From Nostoc sp. (GTDB lineage: Bacteria > Cyanobacteriota > Cyanobacteriia > Cyanobacteriales > Nostocaceae): a stretch of DNA of 64,000 bases. A model generated the notes under the pieces. The model was not told where the DNA came from, did not search any database, and saw only the letters and a list, made by a program, of their open reading frames with translations. A program made the translations under genes and the position numbers. Location: positions 96,001 to 160,000 of the forward strand of contig JBALDB010000009.1 in the NCBI GenBank assembly GCA_036918135.1. Direction: 5' to 3'. Positions 51,698 through 63,300 of this stretch are shown here, piece by piece; position 1 is the stretch's first letter; every line of letters begins with the position of its first letter.

Positions 51698-52978
51698 GTG
51701 CTGGATATCAAGCAAATACGGGAAAATCCGCAATTAGTTCAAGAACGATTGAACAGTCGTAGTGGTAAATACGACATTGAACCGATATTACAGTTAGATC
51801 GGCAACAACGGCAACTAGAGGGAACGCGCAGTCAACTCCAAGCCCGTAGCAACGAAATTGGTAAAATTGTTGGGCAAAAGCTAAAATCTGGTATCGATGC
51901 TCAAGACCCGGAAATCCAAGCATTACGGGATGAAGGTAACTCTGTCAAAGCTAGATTGAGCGAACTAGAACCCCAAGAAAAAGACCTGAAAGCTGAAATT
52001 GCCCAGCTTCTTTTAGCACTTCCCAACTTACCAAGCGACTCTACACCGATTGGCAAGAGTGAGGAAGATAATGTAGAAGTGCGGCGTTGGGGTGATGAGT
52101 ATATTCCCCAAAACCCGAATATTCTTCCTCATTGGGAAATAGGCGAAAAGCTAGGTATTATCAATGTTGAGCGAGCTGTAAAAATTGCCCAAAGCCGCTT
52201 TGTGACATTGATAGGTGCTGGCGCAGCACTGGAGAGGGCATTAATTCAATTTATGCTGAGTATCCATACTCAAGCTGGGTATGTGGAAGTTAGTCCACCG
52301 CTGTTGGTGAATACTGACTCTTTGACTGGGACTGGTCAGTTACCTAAGTTTGCTGAAGAAAGCTTTAAATGCGCTGATGACGACTTGTGGCTGATTCCTA
52401 CAGCGGAAGTTCCACTTACTAACCTTTATCGGGGCGAAATTATCGCTGCGGAAGACTTGCCTATCTACAACTGTGCTTATACTCCCTGTTTTCGCCGGGA
52501 AGCTGGTAGTTATGGGCGAGATATGCGGGGTTTAATTCGTCTGCATCAATTTAACAAAGTGGAACTGGTGAAATTTGTTGAACCTAGCAGTTCTTTTGAT
52601 GAACTAGAAAAATTAGTGGGGAATGCAGAAGCGATTTTACAGGCTTTGCAGTTGCCTTACCGAGTAGTAAATCTCAGTACTGGAGATTTGGGATTTTCTT
52701 CTACCAAAACCTATGATTTAGAGGTTTGGTTGCCTTCTTCTGGAAAATACCGCGAAATTTCCAGTTGTTCAAATTTTATCGACTTTCAGGCGCGACGGGC
52801 TGATATTCGTTTCAAAGAAGCGGGGAAGAAGGGCACTCAGTTTGTGCATACTCTCAACGGTTCGGGTTTGGCGGTAGGAAGGACGATGGCAGCAATTTTA
52901 GAGAATTATCAACAAGCCGATGGGACAGTAAGGATACCAGAAGCGCTGCAACCATACTTGGGGCGGGAAGTTTTGTAA
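51698..52978 (+). CDS. serS: Serine--tRNA ligase
   Basis: [42 protein letters not shown]. Confidence 0.98.
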   Translation: MLDIKQIRENPQLVQERLNSRSGKYDIEPILQLDRQQRQLEGTRSQLQARSNEIGKIVGQKLKSGIDAQDPEIQALRDEGNSVKARLSELEPQEKDLKAEIAQLLLALPNLPSDSTPIGKSEEDNVEVRRWGDEYIPQNPNILPHWEIGEKLGIINVERAVKIAQSRFVTLIGAGAALERALIQFMLSIHTQAGYVEVSPPLLVNTDSLTGTGQLPKFAEESFKCADDDLWLIPTAEVPLTNLYRGEIIAAEDLPIYNCAYTPCFRREAGSYGRDMRGLIRLHQFNKVELVKFVEPSSSFDELEKLVGNAEAILQALQLPYRVVNLSTGDLGFSSTKTYDLEVWLPSSGKYREISSCSNFIDFQARRADIRFKEAGKKGTQFVHTLNGSGLAVGRTMAAILENYQQADGTVRIPEALQPYLGREVL

Positions 52979-53109
52979 TTAGTCATTGGTCATTTGTTCT
53001 TTGTTAGCTAACAATCACAAATGCCCAATGCTGAATGCTCCATGCCCAATCCTTCATGCCCAATTAGAATGGAGATAACTATAGCTTAATATTTTCACTA
53101 ATTTGCTCT

Positions 53110-54210
53110 ATGTCAGTTTTAGCAGCGATCGCAGTCTTGGCTGTTCTGATCTTGGTACACGAACTGGGACATTTTGTTGCAGCACGTTCTCAAGGTATTC
53201 TCGTTAACCGCTTTTCTTTGGGTTTTGGCCCAGTCCTTTGGAAGTATCAAGGATCGCAAACTGAATATGCTGTCCGCGCTTTTCCTTTAGGCGGCTTTGT
53301 GGGCTTCCCGGATGATGACCCTGATAGCAATGTTCCGCCCAATGACCCGAATCTGCTGCGTAACCGTCCAATTTTAGATCGGGCGATTGTCATCAGTGCC
53401 GGAGTGATAGCAAATTTAATATTTGCGTACTTAGTATTAGCTCTGCAATTGGGTATTGTGGGTATTCCCAAGGAATTAAACTATCAACCTGGTGTCATTG
53501 TACAGCCTGTTAATCAAGAGTCTATTGCCTACCAAGCAGGGATTAGGGAAGGAGATATTATTGTGGCTGTTAACGGGAAGGAACTTCCTGCTTCTGATAA
53601 GTCAACAGCTTTGCTAACAAAAGAAATTCAAACTCATCCCAATCAGCAAATCGAACTCAAAATTCAGCGTCAAAATCAACAACAATCCCTGAAATTAACA
53701 CCAAAACTGGGAGCTGATGCTAAAGGTGTAATTGGTGTGGCACTTAGTCCAAATGCTACAGCAGTTTATCGCCGTCCTAACAGTCCTTTTGAAATTTTTG
53801 GGATTGCTGCGAACAGGTTTCAACAATTATTTGTAGGAACACTCAGCGGTTTTGGGCAGTTGATTACTAACTTTCAACAAACTGTAGGACAAGTTTCTGG
53901 GCCAGTTAATATTGTCAAAATAGGCGCACAATTGGCTGCTGATAACAGCGCAAATCTCTTGTCTTTTGCAGCAATTATCAGTATTAATTTGGCTATTATT
54001 AACATTTTGCCTTTACCAGCTTTGGATGGAGGACAACTCGCCTTTCTGTTAATTGAAGGTGTGCGCGGTAAGCCTGTGCCTGCTCGGATTCAAGAAAGTG
54101 TGATGCAAACTGGTTTAATGCTACTCTTAGGACTAGGGATTTTTCTGATAGTCAAAGAAACTACCCAATTAACTAGTCAATTAGAGTGGGTACAAAAGTT
54201 ACTCCAGTGA
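53110..54210 (+). CDS. rseP: RIP metalloprotease RseP
   Basis: HELGH, PDZ, NILPLPALDGG. Confidence 0.95.
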   Translation: MSVLAAIAVLAVLILVHELGHFVAARSQGILVNRFSLGFGPVLWKYQGSQTEYAVRAFPLGGFVGFPDDDPDSNVPPNDPNLLRNRPILDRAIVISAGVIANLIFAYLVLALQLGIVGIPKELNYQPGVIVQPVNQESIAYQAGIREGDIIVAVNGKELPASDKSTALLTKEIQTHPNQQIELKIQRQNQQQSLKLTPKLGADAKGVIGVALSPNATAVYRRPNSPFEIFGIAANRFQQLFVGTLSGFGQLITNFQQTVGQVSGPVNIVKIGAQLAADNSANLLSFAAIISINLAIINILPLPALDGGQLAFLLIEGVRGKPVPARIQESVMQTGLMLLLGLGIFLIVKETTQLTSQLEWVQKLLQ

Positions 54211-54230
54211 ACGTGAGGTGAAAGTAGGAA

Positions 54231-54902
54231 GTGAGGAGTAGGGAAAAGCAAGTTTTATCTTTAAAGCAAAAGGCGGTAGAGATTCTCTCTCGCCTGAAGC
54301 GTCTTTACCCAGACGCTACTTGCTCTTTGAACTACTCAACACCAGTACAATTGTTGGTGGCAACGATTCTCTCGGCTCAATGTACTGATGAGCGAGTCAA
54401 TAAAGTGACCCCAGCATTATTTAGTCGGTTTCCTGATGCAGCGAGTTTAGCGATCGCCGACTTAGGAGAATTAGAAAACTTAGTGCATTCCACAGGATTT
54501 TATCGTAATAAAGCCAAAAACATCCAAGCCGCCTGTCGAATGATTGTCACCGAGTTTGACTCTGTTGTTCCCAACCAAATGGAACAGTTGTTAAAGCTTC
54601 CAGGTGTGGCGCGGAAAACAGCAAATGTAGTCCTCGCTCACGCTTATAGTATTAATGCTGGGGTGACAGTAGATACTCACGTCAAGCGTCTGAGCGAGCG
54701 TTTGGGTTTAACCGTGCATAAAGATCCCGGTTTGATTGAGCAAGATTTAATGGGTTTATTGCCGCAATCAGATTGGGAGAATTGGTCAATTCGGCTGATT
54801 TATCACGGTCGCACTATTTGTAAAGCCCGCTCTCCCGCCTGCGTTGCTTGCGAACTTGCTGATTTATGTCCCGCTGCGAATAAGCCAGTAATTGTAGGGT
54901 AA
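54231..54902 (+). CDS. nth: Endonuclease III
   Basis: LSAQCTD, LPGVARKTAN, VDTHV, C-x6-C-x2-C-x5-C. Confidence 0.96.
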   Translation: MRSREKQVLSLKQKAVEILSRLKRLYPDATCSLNYSTPVQLLVATILSAQCTDERVNKVTPALFSRFPDAASLAIADLGELENLVHSTGFYRNKAKNIQAACRMIVTEFDSVVPNQMEQLLKLPGVARKTANVVLAHAYSINAGVTVDTHVKRLSERLGLTVHKDPGLIEQDLMGLLPQSDWENWSIRLIYHGRTICKARSPACVACELADLCPAANKPVIVG

Positions 54903-55076
54903 TCTTGGTTAGGGAGACGCGGGGGCCTTAAGAAAAAACTCCTCTTGTGTGTCCTTGCGTTTACTTGTATCTGGATGAATTTCAATTTAACAGACTAGTG
55001 GGGAATACAAGTAACCTAGAATTGAAAAGAAGACTGTAGAATGGAAAATGCTGTCTTTAAATAAATTAGAGAATAT

Positions 55077-55379
55077 ATGGCAAAAAAAAGCATGATTGAG
55101 CGCGAGAAAAAACGCGCCAAATTGGTAGAAAAATATGCTGACAAGCGGGAAGCTCTGTTAGAAGAGTTCAAAAGTGCAGAATCTCCCCTTGATAAGCTAG
55201 AAATCCATCGGCAAATTCAACAGCTACCCCGGAATAGTGCGCCCAGCCGCCGCCGTAACCGTTGCTGGTTGACTGGTCGTTCTAGAGGTGTTTACCGCGA
55301 TTTTGGGCTGTCTCGAAATGTGCTACGGGAATGGGCGCATGAAGGTCTTTTGCCTGGAGTGGTTAAGTCTAGTTGGTAG
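55077..55379 (+). CDS. rpsN: 30S ribosomal protein S14
   Basis: [10 protein letters not shown]...RNRCWLTGR...LPGVVKSSW. Confidence 0.98.
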   Translation: MAKKSMIEREKKRAKLVEKYADKREALLEEFKSAESPLDKLEIHRQIQQLPRNSAPSRRRNRCWLTGRSRGVYRDFGLSRNVLREWAHEGLLPGVVKSSW

Positions 55380-55445
55380 TCATTGGTCATTAGTCATTAG
55401 TCATTGGTTAATGGCAAAGGACAAAGGACAAATGACAACTGACAA
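55378..55445. repeat. Heptamer STRR tract
   Basis: GTCATTR repeats facing AAGGACA/ATGACA repeats. Confidence 0.7.
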
Positions 55446-55448
55446 AAA

Positions 55449-55778
55449 TTATTGACCACAACACTTATCAATTCCTAGACTTTCTAAGAGTAGATCGCTG
55501 ACGGCGTTGGCGATCGCAAACTCTCCATAGAAACTATTAGAAAAATCATACGACTGCATCTCTGTGACAATGGCAATTACCAGAGAACCAAGGTCGTTTT
55601 CTCCTTCCATCCGTTGACGCACGAAAATCTGTGCAGCTCGTTGAGCAATCTTTTGGTTAACTGCTTCTGGGATAAATTCTTCATCCAGCCACCGCAGTAG
55701 ACGTTCTCGCAACCATTCACCTTCGAGTTGCGGATTTTCAGGGCGTGGTAGGGTGATAGGTGGGATCGGTTCAGTCAT
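55449..55778 (-). CDS. Conserved hypothetical protein
   Basis: WLDEEFIPE..N, RMEGENDLG, F..ANAVS. Confidence 0.75.
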   Translation of the reverse strand: MTEPIPPITLPRPENPQLEGEWLRERLLRWLDEEFIPEAVNQKIAQRAAQIFVRQRMEGENDLGSLVIAIVTEMQSYDFSNSFYGEFAIANAVSDLLLESLGIDKCCGQ

Positions 55779-55867
55779 TTTTTATTTTCAACGCAGAGTG
55801 GATCGTAGAGGAACGCAGAGAATGACTGCTAGTATCAAATTGCGTTTCTCTGATATTTTTTACATTT

Positions 55868-56443
55868 ATGCAATATGATATCGCTGCCATTATTCAAGGT
55901 TATGCTCAAGGCTATTTTCTCATGGCTGATGAGTGCGATCGCCTCAATTGGTATGGAAGTCGCGAGCGGACTTTTATCCCCTTGGATGAGAGGTTTCGCT
56001 ACCCCAAGTCTTTGGGGCGCGTTCTCAATCAAGAGCGTTTTAGTGTAGCGATTAATCAGGATTTTCCGGCTGTAGTCGCTGGCTGTGCTAATCGCGAAGT
56101 AACTTGGATTTCACCAGAACTGGAGAAGATTTACTGGCTACTTTACCAGACTGGTTACGCTTATAGTTTTGAAACTTGGCAAGGTGATGAACTAGCTGGG
56201 GGAATTTTGGGAATTGTTATTGGTGGTGCTTTCATTGGCGAGTCCATGTTTTACCGCATTCCCGATGGTTCAAAAGTGGCGATGGTCAAGTTGGTAGAAA
56301 GATTACGCCAGAGGAAATTTGTATTTTTCGATGCCCAAATGATGAATCCCCATTTGGAAAGGTTTGGCGCTTATCGAGTAGGGGATGAAGAATATCAAGG
56401 TTTACTTCAGCAAGCATTGCAGCGTCGCTGTACTTTAGTGTAG
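55868..56443 (+). CDS. aat: Leucyl/phenylalanyl-tRNA--protein transferase
   Basis: GYFLMA, TWI, ELAGG..G, FIGESMF, SKVA, DAQ..NPHL. Confidence 0.92.
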   Translation: MQYDIAAIIQGYAQGYFLMADECDRLNWYGSRERTFIPLDERFRYPKSLGRVLNQERFSVAINQDFPAVVAGCANREVTWISPELEKIYWLLYQTGYAYSFETWQGDELAGGILGIVIGGAFIGESMFYRIPDGSKVAMVKLVERLRQRKFVFFDAQMMNPHLERFGAYRVGDEEYQGLLQQALQRRCTLV

Positions 56444-56604
56444 GCATATAAAGAAGCGAAATTTGTAGCTTTTTGGATGACACTGGATAAATCGTCTCAG
56501 AACGCTCCAAGATTATTTAACGTGATGTTCAACGGATACTATACTGACCTCACCCCCAGCCCCTCTGTTAAAAGGAGAGGGGAGTGAAAAGTTTAATTTT
56601 TCGT

Positions 56605-56788
56605 TATAGCAAGCGAATTAAAGGTTAAGACATCTTGAAAGCCTGGATGCTAGGAATAGTAATGTTTTACCTCCTGCCTCCAGCATAGCTGCCTTGTCTT
56701 CGACACGCTACGCGAACTGCCTCCTACCTCCAGCATAGCTGCCTCAAAACCAATGACTTTGTACTTCATCCAAACGAAAACTGCTGTA
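56605..56788. mobile_element. TATAGC-type miniature element with nested repeats
   Basis: First ~75 bp match the reverse complement of 10172-10255; duplicated CCTCCAGCATAGCTGCCT. Confidence 0.65.
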
Positions 56789-56938
56789 ATAGTCAGTAAA
56801 AATATTTGCATAATATTACCCAAATTTTAATGCGTTCTTTAAGTTATAGTTGGACGACATCTACCCACAATTCTTTCATCAAATTTTAATAATTGCACTA
56901 TTATCAACAAAGCATATTCAATCAGAGCGTTTCTAAAT

Positions 56939-57484
56939 ATGCAACAAAACTGGTCACAAGAAAGTTATGTCAAAGCTATAAAAAAAGCAGCACAAGCACA
57001 TCATGGTCAGAAAATCCCAGGGTCAGAAATACCTTACATTATTCATTTGAGTTTTGTGAGCATGGAAGTAATTGCTGCCTTAAATGTGGAAAAAGAACGT
57101 GATGGAAATCTAGCAATCCAATGTGCTATTTTGCATGATGTAATTGAAGATACAGCAACGACATTTGAGGAGATTCAAACTGAGTTTGGTGAATCAATCG
57201 CCAACGGTGTACTTGCATTGACTAAAGATAATTCCTTAGAAAAACATCTGCAAATGACAGATAGTTTGCGAAGGATTAGGAAGCAACCGCCAGAAATTTG
57301 GATGGTAAAGCTAGCTGATAGAATTAGTAACCTCCAAGCACCACCATATTATTGGAATCAAGAAAAAATCGTTCGATATCGAGAAGAAGGTATTCAGATT
57401 TATGAAGCTTTGAAAGATGCAAGTCAGTTTCTCGCATCGCGCTTGGCTAGTAAAATTGAAGACTACAAAGTATTTATTAAGTAA
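56939..57484 (+). CDS. HD-domain hydrolase (Mesh1/small alarmone hydrolase-like)
   Basis: AH.GQ, PYIIH, LHDVIEDT, VKLADRISN. Confidence 0.85.
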   Translation: MQQNWSQESYVKAIKKAAQAHHGQKIPGSEIPYIIHLSFVSMEVIAALNVEKERDGNLAIQCAILHDVIEDTATTFEEIQTEFGESIANGVLALTKDNSLEKHLQMTDSLRRIRKQPPEIWMVKLADRISNLQAPPYYWNQEKIVRYREEGIQIYEALKDASQFLASRLASKIEDYKVFIK

Positions 57485-57864
57485 GAATATAGCAATACTG
57501 TAATACCAATTCTTTGTAAAGCTGCATAGAATTTTACCCCTCCCCAACCCTCCCCTTGGCAAGGGGAGGGTGCGCGCTAGCTAGCGCGGGTGGGGTATTT
57601 ATATGCGTCTTCATATTAAATTGGGATAACTATAAAATAAATTTTTCGATATCACACCAACTGTGATATCTTTTTTATCTCACGCAGAGGCGCTTCAGAA
57701 GAGAACGCAAAGAAGCACTACCTGACAAAGGTATAAGTTATCCAAATAAACGCAGATTGTATATCAGGGAGTATTTCTAATAATAGATGACTTAGTAATT
57801 GAGAAAGAGATAATGGTCAAAGACTTAATTTTCCCTTGGCAATTACTGACTAGGAGATTGTTTG

Positions 57865-58845
57865 ATGAAAACCAGAAAGTTAGGCAAACAAGGATTAGAA
57901 GTTTCAAATATTGGACTTGGTTGCATGGGAATGTCTGAGTTCTATAGTGGCCGTGATGAACAAGAAGCGATCGCCACAATTCATCGAGCATTAGAACTGG
58001 GAGTTAATTTTCTCGATACTGCTGATATGTATGGGCCTTTCACTAACGAGCAATTAGTAGGCAAAGCAATTAAAGACCGCCGCAAACAAGTAGTTTTAGC
58101 AACCAAATTTGGCAACGTCCGCACTGAAGATGGTGGTTGGAAAGGAATTAGCGGCAAACCAGAATATGTGCATCAAGCTTGCGATGCTTCCTTAAAACGT
58201 CTGGGAGTTGATGTGATTGACCTTTATTATCAACATCGGGTAGATCCAACTGTACCCATTGAAGATACTGTGGGGGCAATGGCAGAGTTAGTCCAGCAAG
58301 GAAAGGTGCGTTATTTAGGACTTTCGGAAGCTGCTCCGGCGACGATTCGACGCGCTGTAGCAGTTCACCCGATTTCGGCACTACAAACAGAATACTCTCT
58401 TTGGAGTCGAGAACCAGAGGATGAAATTTTACCTACTGTCCGGGAATTAGGAATTGGGTTTGTTCCCTATAGTCCATTAGGAAGAGGATTTTTATCCGGT
58501 GCAATTACTAGCCCTGACGACCTCGCACCTGATGACTATCGCAGAAATGCTCCGCGCTTTCAAGGTGAGAATTTCTCTAAAAATCTGCAATTAGTCGAGC
58601 AAGTTAAAACAATTGCCACTGAAAAAGGAGTAACTCCCAGTCAGCTTGCACTAGCATGGCTTTTGGCTCAAGGAGAAGACATTGTGCCAATTCCAGGAAC
58701 AAAACGCCGTAATTATTTAGAGGAGAATATTGCAGCTACCGAAGTTACCCTGACCGAACAAGACTTGAATCAACTCGAAGCAGCTGCACCTAAAAATTTC
58801 GCAGCAGGCGATCGCTATTCTGACATGAGTAGTGTTAACCGTTGA
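57865..58845 (+). CDS. Aldo/keto reductase
   Basis: [35 protein letters not shown]. Confidence 0.93.
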   Translation: MKTRKLGKQGLEVSNIGLGCMGMSEFYSGRDEQEAIATIHRALELGVNFLDTADMYGPFTNEQLVGKAIKDRRKQVVLATKFGNVRTEDGGWKGISGKPEYVHQACDASLKRLGVDVIDLYYQHRVDPTVPIEDTVGAMAELVQQGKVRYLGLSEAAPATIRRAVAVHPISALQTEYSLWSREPEDEILPTVRELGIGFVPYSPLGRGFLSGAITSPDDLAPDDYRRNAPRFQGENFSKNLQLVEQVKTIATEKGVTPSQLALAWLLAQGEDIVPIPGTKRRNYLEENIAATEVTLTEQDLNQLEAAAPKNFAAGDRYSDMSSVNR

Positions 58846-58930
58846 TTGATTTGAATGTTGGAGTATTTTTTAGATTCTGCTTTTCTTGTAAAGTGGGCGT
58901 CTCGCCCGCCCGTATCGAACTAAGATTAAC

Positions 58931-59109
58931 AGGCTTACGCACTGACTACAATTTTACGTTATTACGAACGTACTCCTTCTCTTAGAGACGTTACGCGAAC
59001 CCAGAAGCAAGCTAGCAAGAGCGTCTCTAAGAGTTGCTAAATAATCGCCAAAAACTCTGGGATTGCTTCCCTACACTACGTTCCGGTCGCAATGACATGC
59101 CTAAGTCCT
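58931..59109. mobile_element. Degenerate MITE
   Basis: AGG-CTTACGCA ... TGCCTAAGTCCT imperfect TIRs; internal GATTGCTTC...CGCAATGAC. Confidence 0.45.
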
Positions 59110-59209
59110 AATTAAATTAAACAATAGTTGAGCCTGGTAGTTCTGTAACTGGTGATTTTCCCCAAGTTTCAATTTGGTTAAATGTATGTTGGCTCAAAGG
59201 ATAAAATTT

Positions 59210-59758
59210 TCACATTCCAAACCTAGGACGGCTGGTAAAGGTACACGAAAGCTGTGGGATTTCGGTTGCAACTTGTTGGATGTCGAAGTTGGGGGAAGTG
59301 ACATCGATTTTTTTGACAATTGTAAATCCCTCTGCTGCTATTGGCGGAAAGTCTTGTAGAGATTTATGCATGTTTTCAATCACTAAATCTGGAACTTGAC
59401 GGATGCGTTGTTGGTTCCATAACTTGCAAGTTGCAATGGGAGTTTGCAAATACCACGCCATCCAAACAGGAAAAACAGCAACAGCAGATTTCAGCTTACT
59501 GAGCAAATCTATCCGCCATACACGCTTGGCATTGGTAGCATCATAGATAATGGAATCACCTTCAGCTAACGCATCCACAATTTCCGAGATTGCTTTTTCT
59601 TCAACCCAACTCCACTCACCCTGAATACTCGCATCACCATAGAGTTGTTGACGAATTGCATCAGTAGAGACAATGCGATAATTCCCCAGTTTTGCTAACT
59701 CGGCGGCGAAGGTAGATTTCCCGCTACCGGGGACACCAATGAGAAAGTGACAAATCAT
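59210..59758 (-). CDS. AAA_33/PNK-like P-loop kinase, possibly C-terminally truncated
   Basis: GVPGSGKST, STDAIR, YDATN, R.RQVP; start at MICHF or upstream (59830). Confidence 0.8.
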   Translation of the reverse strand: MICHFLIGVPGSGKSTFAAELAKLGNYRIVSTDAIRQQLYGDASIQGEWSWVEEKAISEIVDALAEGDSIIYDATNAKRVWRIDLLSKLKSAVAVFPVWMAWYLQTPIATCKLWNQQRIRQVPDLVIENMHKSLQDFPPIAAEGFTIVKKIDVTSPNFDIQQVATEIPQLSCTFTSRPRFGM

Positions 59759-59941
59759 CAGCACTTCCAGGCTAAAAGTTCTTCTACTTTCACTTTTAGC
59801 TGTTATTTCTTTGTTGTCCAGGGTTTTCAAGCGAATGACGAAATAATTCGTAATTAGAATCAGGATTTTAGTGAAAAGGGTGGTTAAAAACAGCGTGTAA
59901 ACACGTAAAACTTAATCTTTGTGGATTTCAAATTCTAAAGT

Positions 59942-60182
59942 TGGGGTTTGAGAAAGTAAAAGCTTATTTTACTTGCGGAAAACACCAAAATCAGAAAGCA
60001 AACTGGGGTTTGAGAAAGCCAAAGCTTATTTTACTTGCGGAAAACACCAAAATCAGAAAGCAAACTGGGGTTTGAGAAAGCCAAAGCTTATTTTACTTAC
60101 TGAATATACTGAAATGAGAAAGTCAAATGGCATTTTGAGAAAGCATTTAAACATTTTGAGAAAGCAATTGCAGATTTTACTT
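59942..60182. repeat. 62-bp tandem repeat array with phased AGAAAG boxes
   Basis: Units start at 59942, 60004 and 60066, plus a degenerate tail. Confidence 0.9.
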
Positions 60183-60322
60183 ATTAAATCTAGTCAAAGT
60201 ATAAAGTTTAAATAAAGTTCTTAAAAATATTGCTGATAAATGCTAATTATTTTTTATATAAATACTTAATAAGTATAATATAATACTTAACTTGAGAATA
60301 ACAAAGGCGATCGCCCTAATTG

Positions 60323-63300
60323 TTATGCCATCTGCCGAGCCATCAACTGAGCAAATAATCCTTCTTTAGTTGCCAACTCTTGAAAAGTTCCTTGTTGCAC
60401 AACTCGCCCTGCTTGAAGTACGTAAATGCGGTGAGCATTGCGGATGGTACTAAGCCGATGAGCAATAATGATTTTAGTGACTTGCAATTTATCCAAGCTT
60501 TGACTAACTATCGCTTGGGTTATGTTATCGAGCGCACTAGTGGCTTCATCAAATAGTAAAATTTTAGGTTTGAGTGCTAAAGCTCGTGCAATCAATAGCC
60601 GTTGTCGTTGTCCACCAGAAATATTACTACCGCCTTCACTGACGACTGTGTGCATCCCCATTGGCATGGCAGCGATATCATCTGCTAAACCCGCCATTCG
60701 AGCCGCTTCCCAAGCCTCATCAATCGTCACAGCTGCACCACTAGTAATGTTATTAAAAATAGAAGCCGACATCAGCCGACTATTTTGCAGTACAACACCT
60801 AATTGACGGCGCACAGCATGGATATCCACAGAAGCTAAATCTTGTCCGTTGTAATAAACCTCGCCTGATTTGGGAGATTCAAACCCTAAAAGTAGTCTTA
60901 ATAAAGTTGATTTCCCACTCCCAGAAGGGCCAACAATCGCAATGAATTCTCCAGCTTGAGCCTGAATACTAACGTTATCTAATACTAAAGGAGAATCATC
61001 ACTGTAGCGAAAACTGACACGCTTTAGGGCTAATCTACCTGAAAGTTTTCCGGGATCTGCTTGGTTGAAGGTAATTTCTGGTTCTGCTAGGAGAATTGGT
61101 TTAGCTCGTTGCCACAAAGGCATGACTTGCAAGACTTCTACAAATGTATTGCTGAGGCTAGTTACTGCATGTATAAAAGTGCTAAAGGCAACATTAAATG
61201 CTAAGAAAGTGCCAATAGATAAGCTAGGTTCTCTCGATACATGGGACTGTTCAATTAAGCTAGCAGCAAACCAAAATAGAGCCGCAGTTGTTAAGGTAGG
61301 TAGTACTTTATTAATCACCGCAAGACTATCTTCAATACCTTGCCTACTGAGGATTGTTTTTAGTTGTTGGGTATATTGTTGACCCCAATAAGCAAAAGCA
61401 CGAGTTTCAGCTTTAGCGACTTTGAGTTTAGCTACTCCATTAATCAACTGTACAACTACACCAAAGATTGTACCTTCATAGGTTAATCCTGAGCGAGCTT
61501 TACGGAGGATCGCAATCCCGAAGATGATAGTCACAGCAGTATTTATCAGTGCGACTGCACAAGCTAATAGAGCTAAATAAATATTGTAGTAGAACAATAA
61601 TCCGAGATTGAGCAACGAAAACAAGCTAGAAAGGCTTGATTTTAAGATTGTATTACCCAATCTTTGGTGAATTTGACTAACAGCAGTAACTCTAGAATTT
61701 AAGTCACCAACTGAAAAAGAGCGGAAAAAAGAAAGCTTGAGATTGAGTAATCGATCCCAAACTGCTGCTTGAATAGAAGAGGTAGCAAAAGTTTCTAGCC
61801 TAATCGTAGCCAGCCCTTGAGTTAATTGAAACAACATTGCGCCTGCATCGGCGACCACTAATCCAAAAGCAACTTGACCCAGTAGAGCGCGATTTGCATC
61901 AGGGATAGCTTTGTCAATTAAAATAGCTGTAGCAAAAGGTGTGAGCATTCCTAAGGAACTAACTATAATTCCCGCCCATGAAATTACAATCAATTCTTTA
62001 TAATGTCGTTGGAAAGCAAATAGAAGTAAATCTAGAGGTTTGAGATGTTTCTCACTAAAAGGTCGATAAAATATGTAAGCATTTGGAATTAGTGTTGTTG
62101 CTGTGCGAGCATCTACAAGGACAGAGGTTTGTTTACCAAGCGCATAAAGTTGATAACGGTTATCAGACGTTGGTAATAATGCCACTGGCAACTTGGTCTT
62201 TTCGGTATATGCTAATATCGGGCCGTAATCCTGTCGCCACCAGTTGTCTGGCAACTTAATTTGTCGCACTCGGATACACGAAGCGCGAGCTAAAGCCTCT
62301 ACAGAGTCTTTGATTTCCTGAGAATCTTTAAAAATTGCTGGGGGACGAATTTCAATTCCTAAAGCTCTGCCTACAGCACCGGCCGCGACTAATAAAGCTT
62401 GCTGGCTTTCGGTTAGATAGAAATTTGTATTCAAAGTTGAGCGATTACTTACTTTGTCTGACCTTGGTTGCAGCACAGATGCCAATTGAGCTAATGTTTG
62501 TGTCATTAACTCACGTTCAAGGCGTTCCTTTGACTCTAATCTGAGTAATTCTGCATCTATTTTTTGTGTGGGATTTTTAATAGCATCTATCTCGGTTAAA
62601 GAAGTTGCAGAAATAGAGGAATCTTCAGCAAAATTAGTTTCTGCTATTGGAACAATATTAGATTCAAACTCCAAGTTTTGTTCGCTACGAATTAATTGCA
62701 AGTATGGCCCTTCAATTTGCTGTAATTGCTCATGAGTTCCTTGTTGAACTATCTTTCCACGTTCAATAACAATAATTTCATCGCAATCTCGAATAGTCGA
62801 AAGTCGGTGTGCAATAATTATGCAAGTGCAACCACGCGCTTGCAAATTCTGAGTGACTTGGCTTTCAGTCTTGGCATCTAAGGCACTGGTGGCTTCATCT
62901 AAAATCAGAATGCTGGGATGATTAACCAAGGCACGCGCAATTTCTAAGCGTTGTCGCTGACCACCACTGAGATTAGCTGCACCCTCTAACAGCGCTGCAT
63001 TGTACTTTCCTGGTAGAGAAACAATCAAATCATGAATTTCAGCATCTTGGCAAGCCTGAACTAAATCTTCGTTGGGTATAGTACTGTCCCAAAGTGTCAA
63101 GTTATCTTTGACACTGCCAGCAAAGAAAAAGATTTCTTGGTTTACCGCAGAGATAGAATTAACTAATACTTGGCGCTCAATTTGTTCTTTTGGTTCACCG
63201 TCGAGGTAAATTTCTCCCTGCCAAGGTTGGTAAAGTCCACACAAAAGTTTGGCAATAGTAGATTTACCACAACCACTAGCACCAATAACAGCAACTTTTT

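Noticed and set aside
59942..60182. CRISPR array, and the 80-aa ORF 59973-60215
   Set aside because: The units are contiguous with no unique spacers and no cas genes are present. The ORF is a translation of the repeat.
60273..60286. NtcA-like GTA-N8-TAC
   Set aside because: It lies in an extremely AT-rich palindromic stretch far from any start codon and is probably chance.
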